Shown: one piece after another, positions 40,641-53,140 of the stretch
Position numbering within the stretch: the first letter of the stretch is position 1
Layout of the letters: each line of letters begins with the position of its first letter
DNA from: Lama glama
Lineage: Eukaryota
Reading direction: 5' to 3'
NCBI GenBank assembly: GCA_028534125.1
Contig: CM052817.1
Coordinates: 17,052,001 to 17,115,746, forward strand
Length of the DNA: 63,746 nt
Notes under the pieces: generated by a model
The model's input: only the letters and a program-made list of their open reading frames with translations
Database searches by the model: none
What the model was told of the DNA's origin: nothing
Made by a program: the position numbers and the translations under genes

Positions 40641-41709
40641 GGCCAAGAGGGGGGTCCGTGACTTCCTTCAGTTATTTAGTAAGTAGTGAGGCTGGGCGTT
40701 GAACCTAGGCGGGCTGATGCCAGGCCCCTAAGCCCTACACTGACTGCCCTGAGGAGCTGGAAGCAGGCATGCAGGATGATGGAGGACCTGGTGTGGGATG
40801 AAAATGCAAAGCCAGCTTGTGAGCGTGGGCAGTGTTCTCCAGTCATGTACCCGCCGGAGTTAGTACTTGCATCCAGGAGGTAAGAATAAAGCCTGTAACG
40901 GAGGTGGAGGTCAGTTCTGACTTGATTTTTACAGCTGGACTCGGCAGCTCTCCCTGCGGGCTCTGGCAGCAGGTGTTTATGGTGGTTCTCCTGTCTGATC
41001 CTGTCCTGAGCACAGTCCTGGTCATGGAGATGGTTGTGTGTGGAGAGGAGGCAGCCCAGCACTGCCGCCCAGGAGAGTGGCCTGAGTGAGCCCTGCTCAG
41101 AGGCCCAGGTCAGGGCTTGGAGGGGCAGGGGCGGAAGCATCAGTCCTTCCCCTGGTGTGGAGCCACGGTTCAGGGCCTTCCAGTGCTGGGTCCTCTGTTG
41201 GGTCATCTGAAGCATTCCTCAGGGGGAGCTGCCCAGTCCAGGAGCTGACTCTTTGGGGAACCAGGCATTTCCCAGGCCCCTAGGAGATGGACCAGACTTC
41301 AGCTGGCTCCTTAGCAGACACAGGAGGGCCTTGACCCAGCTGGACCTGGGAACCTCTGGATCTGCCAAGCTGTCCACGAGAAACCCAAGTGCTCAGGGTC
41401 ACAGACATTGCGGGGCCAGGCCAGACCCGAGGCTGGCTGTGATCAAAAGGTCTCTACCATACCTGCATGTGCCACTCCCGTCCCCTGTCTCTCTGTCTGC
41501 ATTTGACTTTTCAAGTTTCTCCTATGCAGAAGTGTGTCATGTGCTTTAGAAACATTATTTCATGTAGTTCTCTGAACAGCTGTTCAACAAAGGGATTGCT
41601 ATCCTTAGTTTACAGAAAAGGAAGAAAAGTTCAGAGAGGTCCGATGTGTCCCAGTCACAAAACTAGTCAGCCATAGGTCTAGGATGACCCCAGATGACAA
41701 CAGTTGCTT

Positions 41710-41945
41710 GAATGACTGAGTACTTAGTAAGCTGGGCACCATCCAAGCACATCCCACGAATAACTCATTTAAGCCTCACCCAAGTCCTACAAGGTAAGTA
41801 CTACTATTAGCATCATCCCCATTTCACAGATGAAGAAACTGAAACACAGGGTAAGTCTTCTCACTTGTTCACTGGAGTTGCACAGACAGCAAGGGCAGGA
41901 TGGGTGTGTGAAGCCAGGCAGTCTGGTGCAGCACCCTTGCTTGTA
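41710..41945 (-). mobile_element. MIR
   Basis: aactcatttaagcctcac...catccccatttcacagatgaagaaactgaaacacagg. Confidence 0.85.
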
Positions 41946-43774
41946 CACTGCATGTGCTGCCTTTCTGGGGTCTGTATTATTCCACGACCCCTCCCTCCCG
42001 TGCCCTGGCCACACTCCCTGGGCACAGTCTTCCTGCAGGGGCATGGCCACCGTGGTGTCTGTGGGGGGTGACTGATGGCCCAGGCTTCTCAGAGCTCCTT
42101 TGTTCAGAATCACCAATGGTGAGGAGCCCAGCTGTGAGAGGGAGCAATGCTGGTTTTCCTGCAGACATGGGAGCAGTAGGTGGTAGAACCCCCAGTTCTG
42201 CCCCCTGTTGTCAGTGTGGTTTCCTCCAAGACAGTGCTGCCCATGCCAGTTACCATGTCCTCTTGCTTTGCCTCCCGAACAGGTTCGTGTGTGCGCGTGT
42301 GCGCGCTCAGGGCTCACAGAGACAGCTGTGCTCTCCTCGGAAAGCTGCCCACAGTATTTGTGCTGTGAATGTTCTCTGTCCCACTTCCCAATTCATCAAG
42401 ATTACTTTGCATTTTATTGGTCTACAGACTTCCAGTGGGTATAGGCTCCCACGGGAAATGGAAAGCAGGTGAGAGGCGGAGAAATGATCTTCAGAATAAA
42501 TTCTTGGGCCAGGAAGGGGGCGAGTTTGCAGTTTGTGGTAGGGAAACTGCAAAACACGGAATGCTCAGTTGTGAACGCTGCGAGAAAGATTGTGTGACGA
42601 CTCCACGAGATACAGACCAGAAACACACTTGGCCCATTAGCTGTGGGCTAGGAACTGTGATAATGTGGTGTCAGGAAAATAAGTTACATTTTGTGTTTTT
42701 CCACAAATAGCTCAGAGGATCACATACAGTTATCTTATTTACTCATCCAACAGGTAAAAAGGACTTGATGGGGTGAGAGGGTCTTGTGATGGAGCAGGAT
42801 ATGAAATCATGTAGTTTGCATTTGAGAAATGGGAGTTGAAGGAACAGATTTGCAAATTGGCTCAGCAATTCAGTGAAAACGTGAGCCTTAGATCTCAAAT
42901 TTCTAACTCTTCACTCCTCGTCGTTCCAAAATTAGGGTAATAGCCTGTTTATGCTTAATTATATGTATATAAAAATTATAAAATATAAATATAAAAAATA
43001 TGTATATAGTTATATATGCTGATTTGCAGCTAGTCTGGCTCTAGGCCAGGCATTGGGCGTGTGACACTTACCAGCCCATTTCCAGAAGCTGGAGGGATGG
43101 ATGACGGTTTGCTGCCAAGCGGTTGAGAAGACGACGCCAAAGTCACTAGAAAAGGAAAGGAAGACAGTTATGGTTTATGGGTTGAAGCAGAACAGAAAGG
43201 AGCGATGCTGCTCTGGGGGGAGAAGTGTATGAAATGTGTCCACCTAATTTAGAAGAATAAAGCTCTGTTGTCCCTCTGGTGGGGCCCAGAGTCTAGATCA
43301 AATGCTTTTCCAAAGCTGTCCTCACTCATCCAAGCCCCACCCCTCAGCTCCAGGCCCCAGCAGCCCAGCCCCAGGTTGGCTGGCATCCCTGCTCCAACAG
43401 AGTTCTCACCGTAACCGTTGCATTTTCTGAGCGCTAATCATAGGCGAGGACCCGGGCTCCATGCACTATGGGTGTTAACTTGTTCAGCTGCCCCCACCCC
43501 ATCACCCATGGGAAAGGAAGCATTGTTTATCCCTTTAAATGGAAGAGGACAGAGAGGCTCAGAGAGTGGAGGTGATTAGGTCACACAGAGGTCATGAGGG
43601 GTCAGGCCCTCCCTTAACTTATAAATTACGTACCTTCCCCTTCTGGCACGTGAACTCAAGGGCCTGCACCCCTGCTGCCTGGTTGCAAATCCTCACTAAA
43701 GCTCTGTGCCCTGCGGGAAGCCCTGCCCCTGAAATTGATGGAGTCTGGCACCCAGAGCCCTGTTCAGGAAGCCA

Positions 43775-43791
43775 TAGCGCCCCCTGGTGCC
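43775..43791 (-). promoter_or_regulatory. Candidate CTCF site
   Basis: Minus strand reads GGCACCAGGGGGCGCTA, close to the CTCF consensus CCACCAGGGGGCGC. Confidence 0.55.
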
Positions 43792-44127
43792 TGAGAAGCC
43801 TAGCTTTAGCCCCAAGCCTGTCAGGGCCGAAGGTTCCCAGCGCGCGGGCCAGGATGGCGGAACTGAGCCACCCAAGGTAGGAAAGAGCTGCTCCCCTTGG
43901 CCAACCCAGGCCGGTGTCTGAGGCCGCCCTGTGGGAATGCCTCAATCCAGGAAGCCCAGGCACTACGTGGCCTCTCTGGCTGACGCTGGATCACCAGGCC
44001 TTCCTCTGCCAGGCTCAGCGGCCTGGGAGAGACACCCCAGAGAGGGAGACTGTGCAGGAGGGTCCCCATCGGGAGACAGGGGTCTCAGACATGGTCTCGG
44101 CTGGTGAGTGGGAGGATGGTTGGCAGC

Positions 44128-44144
44128 CCCTGCAGAGGGCAGCA
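44128..44144 (+). promoter_or_regulatory. Candidate CTCF site
   Basis: CCCTGCAGAGGGCAGCA fits the CTCF core. Confidence 0.45.
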
Positions 44145-44169
44145 GTTTGCTTTTTTGGGCTGTTAACAC

Positions 44170-44848
44170 CAGGTGTGCTTCACCATGCGTGGCCTCGTTC
44201 TCTGAAGGGCCCAGGCTCAGTTTAATGCTCTGTGGAGATAAACAGAGACCAATCAAATGAGAACAAGCTGTTTATTCTGAGCTTCCTTGAGCAAGGGAGG
44301 CAGTCTTGCATTTTGGCAGAGACTCCAAGGCAGGCAGAAGGGGTGGGGACGCTTTATAGTGGGGGAAAGGGACGGTTCCAGGTGTGCCCTGACTGGAGGC
44401 TGCTGGCCCAGGGAGGCTGGAGGAGGCTGAGTGGAAGGAAGCGGGGCGTCCTGTGTGACTGGTTAGAGGTGCATGTTTGGCTTTCTCTGCTTGGTCCTAA
44501 GTTGAAAGCAGGGACAAAAATTAGGGAAGCTGTCAGTTATTGATCAAGTCCTGGCCATTTGGGGCCGATTGTTACAAGGATTTTGGTTTGGTTTCCTGGA
44601 TTGTCACTGGAGATGGCAGTCTCACTTCCTGCAAGAACGACTTACTTAAAGCAGGCTGGCCTCGTGGGCCGGCTATTGTAGATAAGGAGTTGGTTTCCTG
44701 GGTAGGTGGCTGCAGGCTGTGGGTCACAGTGCCATTTTTATATCTGGTCTGGCTGTTAACCATTTGCATATTCAGTCTCTCACTTCACTGTCGCCGTCTT
44801 GAAATTTTTAACAAGGGGTCCCGTATTTTCATTCCTCACTGGGTCCTT
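44170..44848. mobile_element. MER53-like hAT element split by an LTR
   Basis: Left part gaagggcccaggctcagtttaatgctctg; right part ctgtcgccgtcttgaaatt...acaaggggtcccgtattttcatt...ccagtcctg. Confidence 0.6.
44233..44782 (-). mobile_element. Solo ERVL-class LTR (MER68/MER77-like)
   Basis: TG...CA ends; reverse complement begins tgagagactgaatatgcaaatgg...gccagaccagatataaaaatgg; AATAAA on the minus strand near 44266. Confidence 0.75.
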
Positions 44849-45414
44849 CAAATGACGTAACCAGTCCTGTGTTCAGTTTTGGACTCGTGACCCAGGACAC
44901 GTTCATGATCTAGCTGCAATTTTCAAAGTTTTGTTTTAAATTTGAGATTGTGCTGTCCCCAGGTGCTGAGGGCCTCCTGGTAGAACCCAGTTCAAACACC
45001 CAGGAGAACGTCCTCGGGGCCTTTTGACGAGTCTGTGTCTTTCTCAAGCCTGCAAATCTTCCTGTGTGTTTTTCCCATCTTGGTATGGCCTGGGTCTTCT
45101 GAACAGTGAGGGTATCAGTGAGCTGGGGCTGAAGCAAACATCTAAGTTGGGTCAAATTTTGCTTATTTGGATCCTGTTCATTTAAAATGGAGTGTTGGTA
45201 TATTTTATGACAAAGAGATTTGCTAAGCAAATACACTGTGCAAAACATTTGCAGGGAGGGGGGGCAATATTTAACCTGTGGAGAGCAAAAATTTCAAGGA
45301 CCTAATCAGCACTGCTACACAAAACCAGTGAGAAACCTTATAAGTCTAATTTCAATGCATAGTTTGCTGTTCATATGTCAGAGGAGGTCATTGAGAGGAC
45401 GTGACCACCGGTTA

Positions 45415-45785
45415 ACTGTGAGCTGGACCCGGGCAATCAGAGGCTCCTCACCCCATCCCCTGCCCTTGGAACCTAGGTTCTACCCACCGTGACCACACTA
45501 GGAGCTGTTTCAAGGATGCAGCTTTGAAATAATGTGTCGTTGAGACCATCTGAACCCACTTAAGGCATCTACATAAACTTTTAAGGCTGACTGGCAGGTG
45601 TGGAGATCTGGGGGCCACCTCAAATGAGTCTCGTTTGTAAGTTCCTTCCCTTTGCTTATTAAACCTGCCACCAACCAATCTGGGGCGGCTGCCTCTTTCT
45701 TGGTCTCTCCTTGCCCTCCCTTGTTTGGCCCAGTTTCAGATTCCACCCGGGGATGCTCCATCCAGGAGCCAGTTATCACGAAAGT
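45415..45785 (+). mobile_element. LTR-like element (MER74/MER73/MER54-like)
   Basis: cccttggaacctagg...gctgtttcaaggatgcag...gtaagttcc...cttattaaacctgcc; family call uncertain. Confidence 0.55.
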
Positions 45786-46140
45786 GGCTTCACAGCCAAA
45801 GGCCTGCAGACGTAGCCTCGAGATGGCATCCTGAAACACCCAAAACAAGAATATGGAATCTTCCTTTAATGATTTGCGATTTGGGGGCTCACTGCAAAAG
45901 CACATCTTTTTCAAGCCCTGCCCTGAAGTGCTGAGGCTTTTCTGTTCATCCCCGCTGCTCCCTGTCCCAGGTTTCCCATGGACACCAACCCCTGCGGGGC
46001 TAGCTCCCTCCCTTCCTGCCTGAGGACCAATCCCTCTGCCATTGTCTCACCTCCCTGCACAGAGACCCCCCCCCCCCCCCCCCCGGCTTGGAGTAGTCCC
46101 TCCCCCTCTCCCTGCCCTAGTCCCAGCAACAAGCTTGGAG

Positions 46141-46240
46141 NNNNNNNNNNNNNNNNNNNNNNNNNNNNNNNNNNNNNNNNNNNNNNNNNNNNNNNNNNNN
46201 NNNNNNNNNNNNNNNNNNNNNNNNNNNNNNNNNNNNNNNN
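46141..46240. other. Assembly gap (100 N)
   Basis: Run of N. Confidence 1.
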
Positions 46241-49200
46241 CTTGGGGTCCAGGTGACAGCAAAGGAGATAATGTTCCCGGGAAGGGGTTGACGCATTCTG
46301 GCCCAGACCCACACTCAGCGAACTCAGCCGTGGTGACTCTCCCTTGCTTATGTGGTTAATTCCAGATGGTCATCACCGTCGCTTCATTGCTTTGGTTACA
46401 TGTTTCTTTCTGGTCAAGGAAAATTTTCCCATTTAAGTATTGCCTCAGACATTAGCTCTGGCTTGAACGCCCTCAAACTCTCAAAGGATGGACATTTTTC
46501 TCCACTGAGGGCATTCATGAGATGATGCCACAGGGGCTGGTAGCAGCTGCCGGAGGCCTTTCTTAACTTTTTGAAAAACATACGTGATGGTATTTTTGGA
46601 TCCAAGTCTGATTCCCCTCCCCAGTGAGGGCAAGGACTCTTGCTGTTTTGTTTGCTAATGTAGCCCAACCCCTGGCACATAGTAGGAGCTCAGTAAACTT
46701 TGTAGAATCATTGAATGAATGAATATTTTCCCAATTTCCCAAGGAAAGCCTGGGGTTGTATCATTTCCTTCTTCTGTTGCCATTTGATTCTCAGTGACTC
46801 TTAAAGCTGATTAAGACAGAAGTGGAAACCATATGTAGACTGAGTTTCAACCTGATGTTGGGTGGGGAACGATGGCCAATACCTCTTCCAGCCTGGCTTC
46901 TCTGCCCAGCACCCTTGGCCTCACTCCAGCGCTGGCCCTTCTAAGGGCTGAGCAGAGGAGAGGGGGGCTAAGGCAGAGCGAGGAGGGGGAGCCCAGGAAG
47001 AGGTCCAGGAAGGGTTTGCACTTCTTGGTAGGGATGGGGCAGGAGGACCAAGACTCAGGCACCAGGGTGATGTATACTTTTTTTTTAATTTAAAGGAACA
47101 TGCTTTTCTGTCTCTCCCATCTTTAACTTTTCTGCCTCTGGTCTCATTTTCAAACCCAGCCCAGTCTTGCAAGGGCACAAAAAGAAGGGCTGAAAAGCTA
47201 ACATTCATTTTGTTCCCTTAGTAAAGCTGGGCTTTCCAGTCACCTTCTCTCACCCGGATCTGGACTCTGGCTTCACCTTTCTCCCTTGCATTGCCAGCTG
47301 CCCTCCAGCTGCTGTTGCCTCCTATGCCATCGAGGAAGTTTGTACCCTGAGCGCTCAGCCCCCTTAGCGACAGCTCCTGCAGTCTGAGCCGCGCCGAGGT
47401 GGGAATATGAGTGACCTTGTTTCCAGCTGACTTCCCCACCTCCTGTCTTTACAGAGCTGTCATTTTCAGAAGCCGTAACTTTGTGTCCCCCGTGATTTTA
47501 ATAGAAATCCTAAAGGCTCTGAAAAACGAGTTGTTTGTTGTTTATTTTGGTAACTAACCTGGCATTAAATTGTGACCTGAATTTGGTGGCAAAATCTCAC
47601 CTGAACTGAGGCTATTAATAGCTTGTATTTAGCTCATGAGTGTGAAGATGAGTATGTTTTGGTGCAGAAATAGGAATATGTCTAATTGTGTCATGCTATG
47701 TTCATATGTTTAATTGAGTGCTGTCCCAGACTCCCTGGGGGCATCACAGACCGTGCCACACTGCACTGCATGGACATTCTTAAACTGGAGTCTTCTGGAT
47801 TTCGACTCACAGCTGACCCAGAGTTTGGATACGGGCCGTGGATCTGGGTGTGTCCAATGCAGGAAGGCAGTGGGGAGTAATGCCTTTTGGAGTCAGATGG
47901 CCTGGCTTCAGCTAGCAAGTACTATCTGTGCTGTCTTGGCAAGCCTTGTAACCTTCTGGATCCTCTGTCTCTTCATCTGTAAAACGGCGCCATGACAGTT
48001 CTTTCACAGCACTGGGACAAGGTCTGCCCTGGCTGTCTCACCACCTGCACCTCCCATCACATTCTTGCTGGTCCCTCTTCTTAGACCCACTCTCCCCTAG
48101 ATGTCTCCATGCCTGGCTCCCACCTCACGTTCTGACGTCCACTGTGCTCTGAAGTCACCTTGCCACAGAGGCTTCCCGACCCTGTGGATGAGGCATTGAC
48201 TCCCCCTACCCCTCACCCCATTCTCCCACTTTGCTTTTCCGCCTAGCACAAACCTCTACCTGCAATGATACTGTGTGACTGTTAGTTTTCTTGTAAACCG
48301 CCTGTCCCCCCACTAGCAGAGAAGCTCTGCCAGGCACGGCTTCTTGGCCAGATTCGCGGCCACCTGCCTGGCACATGGAGCAGCCCCACTGGTGCCCAGT
48401 GAGGGGCAGAGAAGGGGAGCAGCGCCCATGCAAAGGTGTCCTCAGGGAGCATGATGATGGGTGAGGAAGGCTCAAGGCTGGACGGACTCGCCCACCTCCC
48501 CGCACTCCTGGGTTCTGCCGGTTCCTCCCTGAGTCTCCCTGGAGTTGCTGAGTTCTCTTCTTCTATTTGGAAGGGGTCAAAGGAGGCAGAGAGACTGCAT
48601 GTGTGTGGGGTGGGGGACTTCTGATGCAGGGAAATGGAAGGTGATTGGGGTTTTTGTCAGGACACAAGACCAAGCTGATCAGATATTTCCTTAAAGGCCT
48701 TTGAATGTGGACTTGGGAAAATAACTCAGAGGGCCATTGCTCTCTGCACCCATGGTGAAATTCTTGAAACCTTATGAATGGTTTTTTGCAGCAGCCCCCA
48801 GAAACCTCCTGAGCGGGGGAGGTAAGCCAAGGGCTCTGAGGGGAAACCAGGCCCCCCATGGGTGTGACAAATATGGGAGAAGCCTTTCCTGCTGGACGTG
48901 TGTCCTCAGAATTTCTGGTACCTGGGCCTGGGCAGAGTTCCCTGGGAAGGAAGACAGTGTTTTCCCGAGTCCTTCTGCGGTGCTTGAAGCTGCTCCCTGG
49001 TTAAGCAGAGAGCAGTCAAGTGTTCTCGGAGGCAGCCTGTGTACCAGGTGATTCTTAAAACAAACGGAAGCAGGTGCTGGATTTACCGAGAGGGCCCTCT
49101 CCAGTATTCCAGGGCAGTGGGGGGAGAACCAGGAGTTCTCACAGAGCCGTGAGGGCAGGGTTTTCGAGGAGATTCCAGGTGTTAAGGGACACGTGAGCGA

Positions 49201-49289
49201 AGTTCTTTAATTAAAGGGCTGATTTGAAATACTGAGCCCAAGGGTCCCAGAATGAAATTCATTAAATATCAGAGACCTTGAGAATGTAC

Positions 49290-50040
49290 GCAGGACGCCA
49301 GCATACCGAACAGCATGGCGAGTAATGTAACGAGCAGCCATGGATCTGCTCCCGGGATTATATAACTTTACCCTTTTGCCAGATTTTCAAAAATAAAACA
49401 GAACGTTATAGACACAATTGGAGCCCTTACGTCTCCTCCCTGCCTCCCTCTGAATTTGGTTATTAATCCCAGGCATGTTTTCATGTTATTAACACAAATA
49501 TTGTCTCCACAAAAAATTCTATTATTGTATATGTTGTTAAAGTTTACAGATCATTTATAATAAAAAGTTTTTATTATATAACAACATATACTATGTATGG
49601 ACATACATTATAAACTGTTACACGGCTATGTACAGCCTTCAGCAACATACCTTTTTGTGTTCAATACCGTGCTTTGGAGATTTACCCATGTTGATTCACA
49701 GAATCGTAGCTCAGTCATTTCAAGTCTGTGGAAGATTCCACAAGTTATTTATCCATTCTTCTGTCGATGGGCATTTAGGATGTTGCAAGTTTCTGCTCTT
49801 ACAAGCAATACTTCAATGAACATTTTTTTTTTACCGGTGTCCTGTTCTTACTAGAGTTTCTTTAAAGTGTTTTTCCATGAACGGAACTGCTAACTCAAGA
49901 GGTCCGCAAATATCCAGCCTCACTTACTTTTGCGGGCTGGTCCCCAGCGGGTCAGTATGATCTACACGCGCACTAGCAGAGGGCAAGAGTGCCTGTCAGA
50001 CTGCGTCCTCACCAACTCTCTAGTGTTGCCCAAGTGTTTC
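49290..50040 (-). mobile_element. Old L1M fragment
   Basis: tttatccattcttctgtcgatgggcatttaggatgttgcaag antisense L1 3' motif. Confidence 0.75.
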
Positions 50041-51094
50041 CTCTCTTCGGGGTGAGGGTTCCAGGCCTTGGCCCCCCACAAGCTGACAGCAGAGGGTAGT
50101 CTACCAGCAACATTTCCAGAAGTTCAGGGAGGGAAGTGCTTGTTCTGTTCTCAGAGGGAAGCAGAGGCCATACTGTCCCTTCCTCCCACCCCTTTGCTCT
50201 TTCCACCTTCACCCTGGAACTCTGTGTGGGGCAGGCTGATCTCTATGGATAGAATCATCCCCGTTCTCTGGCCTTTGCCTTCCCCTTGGCTTTGACATGA
50301 GAGAGAGGCTGGGACAGGAGACCAGAGGATGAAAGGAGCAAGAGGTCAAGGTGTTTGTTCTGGCCACTCCCCGCCTGGCCGAGGTCTTTGGTCTGAGTGC
50401 CCCCTGGGCCAGCCTTGGCTCCCCCTGGTTCCAGCTATGCTGTTCCCCCTCACCTCACCCCTCCCCAGTGACGCTGGTCTCTGGGGCTGCACCAGCTCAC
50501 TGGCTCCCTAAATCAGCCCACCTGTTATAAACAGTCACTAAACCCTGGGAGTGTAACATCTCCATCCTTCCTGAAATGATACACTTTTGGATTTCGTAAA
50601 TAGTTCTAATATTTATGAATACTGTCCTCCATCTAGTTTTCCCCATAAAAGGGGAAACACTGGGACACAACCAAGTGACACTGAGAGTTGAATCAGGCCG
50701 TGAGCTAGCGGGCCACTCACCTGCCAAATGACCATCCCACGAGCATTCAGATTTGAGCTCCAGCAAGATGGCCAATGATTTCACACCACAGACCTGTTGT
50801 GGGGGGCCCTGCTGTCCATGTTAAGTCTGTGAACTCCGGGGGGCTGCTGTACCTTCCTGAAAGGGTGGTTGTGGGAATAAGAGGAGATCATCTGGGTCAA
50901 AGGCAGAGAGGCTAGTGGCTCATCAGCTCCTTTGGACGAATTAGGAAAAGGTAGCCCTCCCTTTGGGCGCTCATGGCCCTGCAGGGGAGGGGGTCTGGCG
51001 GGCAGAGCCCTTCCTGGCAGGGAGCCCTTGTGCAGTCCGCAACTGATACAACGGTATGCTAGGGCCCTGCTGAAGTCCTCACCCAGTGCCCTTA

Positions 51095-51350
51095 TCCGAT
51101 AGTGGTGGCAGTCTAGTGGATCCCAGATTCAGGCAGATCTAGGCTCAAGTCCTGGTCTATCCCTAGTCCACCCCAGAGAGTTCTGTGGCCCATCGGTGAG
51201 TCCCCTAAACTCTTCATGTATTCAAGCTGTGTACAAGCAGCCTCTCCTTTGGAGAGCTGCAGTGAGGACTGAACTGAGAAAATGTCTGTAATATGTATAA
51301 AACCGTGTTGGGCACACAGTAGGTGCTCACTGAGTGCTATTGCTCTGACT
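51095..51350 (+). mobile_element. MIR
   Basis: cagatctaggctcaagtcctgg...ggcacacagtaggtgctca. Confidence 0.7.
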
Positions 51351-51595
51351 TAGTTGCTGTTACTCTTATTTGCAATCAGTGTGGTCCCCACTTTGCCCTG
51401 CAGGTGGGATCTAGAGTCCCCTGGGGAGGTGCCCATGTGAGGAGGCTGCTGTCATCTGGAGCCGGTGCTCTGAGATGATTTTCCTCCTCTGAAATCGTCC
51501 TGCTGTAATTACCCAAGAGACAGTTTGTCACTCCAAGACAGCCTTGACACCATGACTTTTGCTTCTTAATGTCTGGCTCCTTCCTCCAAATTGCT

Positions 51596-51696
51596 TTCCT
51601 GTCCTCCTCTCTCCACCCCTCTCCCCTCCTTCCTCCCTTCCTTCCCCATCCTTCCGTCCCTCTCTCTCCCCCTTCTCCTCCCTCCTCTTTCTCTTC
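51596..51696. repeat. Polypyrimidine low-complexity tract
   Basis: About 100 nt almost entirely C/T. Confidence 0.85.
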
Positions 51697-52624
51697 TGAA
51701 CAGCCTCTTGGCTGCACAGACACGGTGGGTGCTCGGTGCTCGGTACAGGGATTGGAGAACTGTGCTGCCTGGGGGCCCAGAGCAGTACAAGGACTTCAGT
51801 CCCACTGCCCAAGGCTGTTAGTTACAGGTCATGGTGGGGGGGGGGGAAGCTGACTGCTGGGCTGGACAGAGGGGTCTTTCACGAGGAGGCCTCTGTCAAA
51901 GGGGAGAAACAGCTTCCCTGGATCGCTGGTCTCACTGTGACATTTGCTCTTCTGGAAAGAAATGACCACTCAGCCCCTCAGTGAGGTCTATGGCCTCCCA
52001 AGCCCCTGCCCGGGCCCTGCTCAGCCTCTGCCCTAGAGGGAGAGTTCGGGGGAGGAGGAAGAGATGGTGAGGGGGTCAGGGGTGTGTGAAGTACCCAGAT
52101 TCTATCTTCTGCTCCCAGAGTAGGGGTCAGTCAAGGTCACCAGAGAGGGCAGTGGAAGGAAAGGGCTGGGATTCTGGGAGAACACGAGGACACACGGTGC
52201 CTCACCCGTCAGCAGCCTCTTGGCTGGGTAGCTGTTTGACTCATTGTGGCATCTGGGCAAGGTGAAGCCCCACACTTTGTAAAATTGGTTCGAACTTGTG
52301 TAATCACATAGATGACTTGGTTTCTTGGTGAACACTGTTTTAGAAAGATCAAAGCCTTGTGGAAGAAAGATGAGGGTTTTCCTAAGCAGCCAGTGTGTGT
52401 TGAGGGGACGGGAGAGGAGGAAGTGGCTCCCTCCAGTGGACAGCCACGGTAACAGCACAAACTGGAGCAGTTTATTGAGCACGGGGTTAAGAGGTGGAGT
52501 AATATACAGGAAGAGCTGCAAATGTTGGCTTATTTCTCCTCCTGGGACCCCCTTCCCCCGCCCAGCTGCCCCCAACCCAGCCTGGCAGGGCTTCCTTGAC
52601 CAATAGGCTTCTCTGCCCCCCAAG

Positions 52625-53140
52625 ATATTTTAACAAACATTCACTGCATCAGACCCTAAGTACTTTATACAGAGTAACCCATTTAATTCTCATAATAATC
52701 CTATGAAGTAAGAACTATGTTAGCAGCATTTTACAGAAGAAACAAAGGCACAGAGAGGTTGACTAACTTGCCTGAGAACACACAGCCAGTATGTAGAGAC
52801 ATTGTGATGGAAACCACGGTCTGGCTGTAGAGTCTATGCCCGTGACCATATCCCCAGTGGCCTTTTGGCCTCTGGTTTCCCCAGGTCTCTGGTTATGTTC
52901 AGGTGCTGATAAAAACACTTCCACCATCTCCATTATTACCTCTCTAGTCTTATAGTTGCCAAAGCCCTTTATTATTTCATATCCCTCATCTCACTTGGTG
53001 CTCTGCGAAGTAGGAAGCACAGACACCATTATCACCCCCTTTTTACAGATGAGGAAATGCAGGCCCAGAGAGGGACAGGGCGTACCCAGGGTGGCACAGC
53101 TGGTAAGGCTGGAGCTGAAGCTGCAGGCAGGTCCTCTGGC
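52625..53140 (-). mobile_element. Two adjacent MIRs
   Basis: catttaattctcataataatcctatgaagt...gaggttgactaacttgcc and ttttacagatgaggaaa cores. Confidence 0.75.

Noticed and set aside
49971..49987. CTCF-like CTAGCAGAGGGCAA
   Set aside because: Lies within an old L1 fragment and deviates at core positions; too weak alone.
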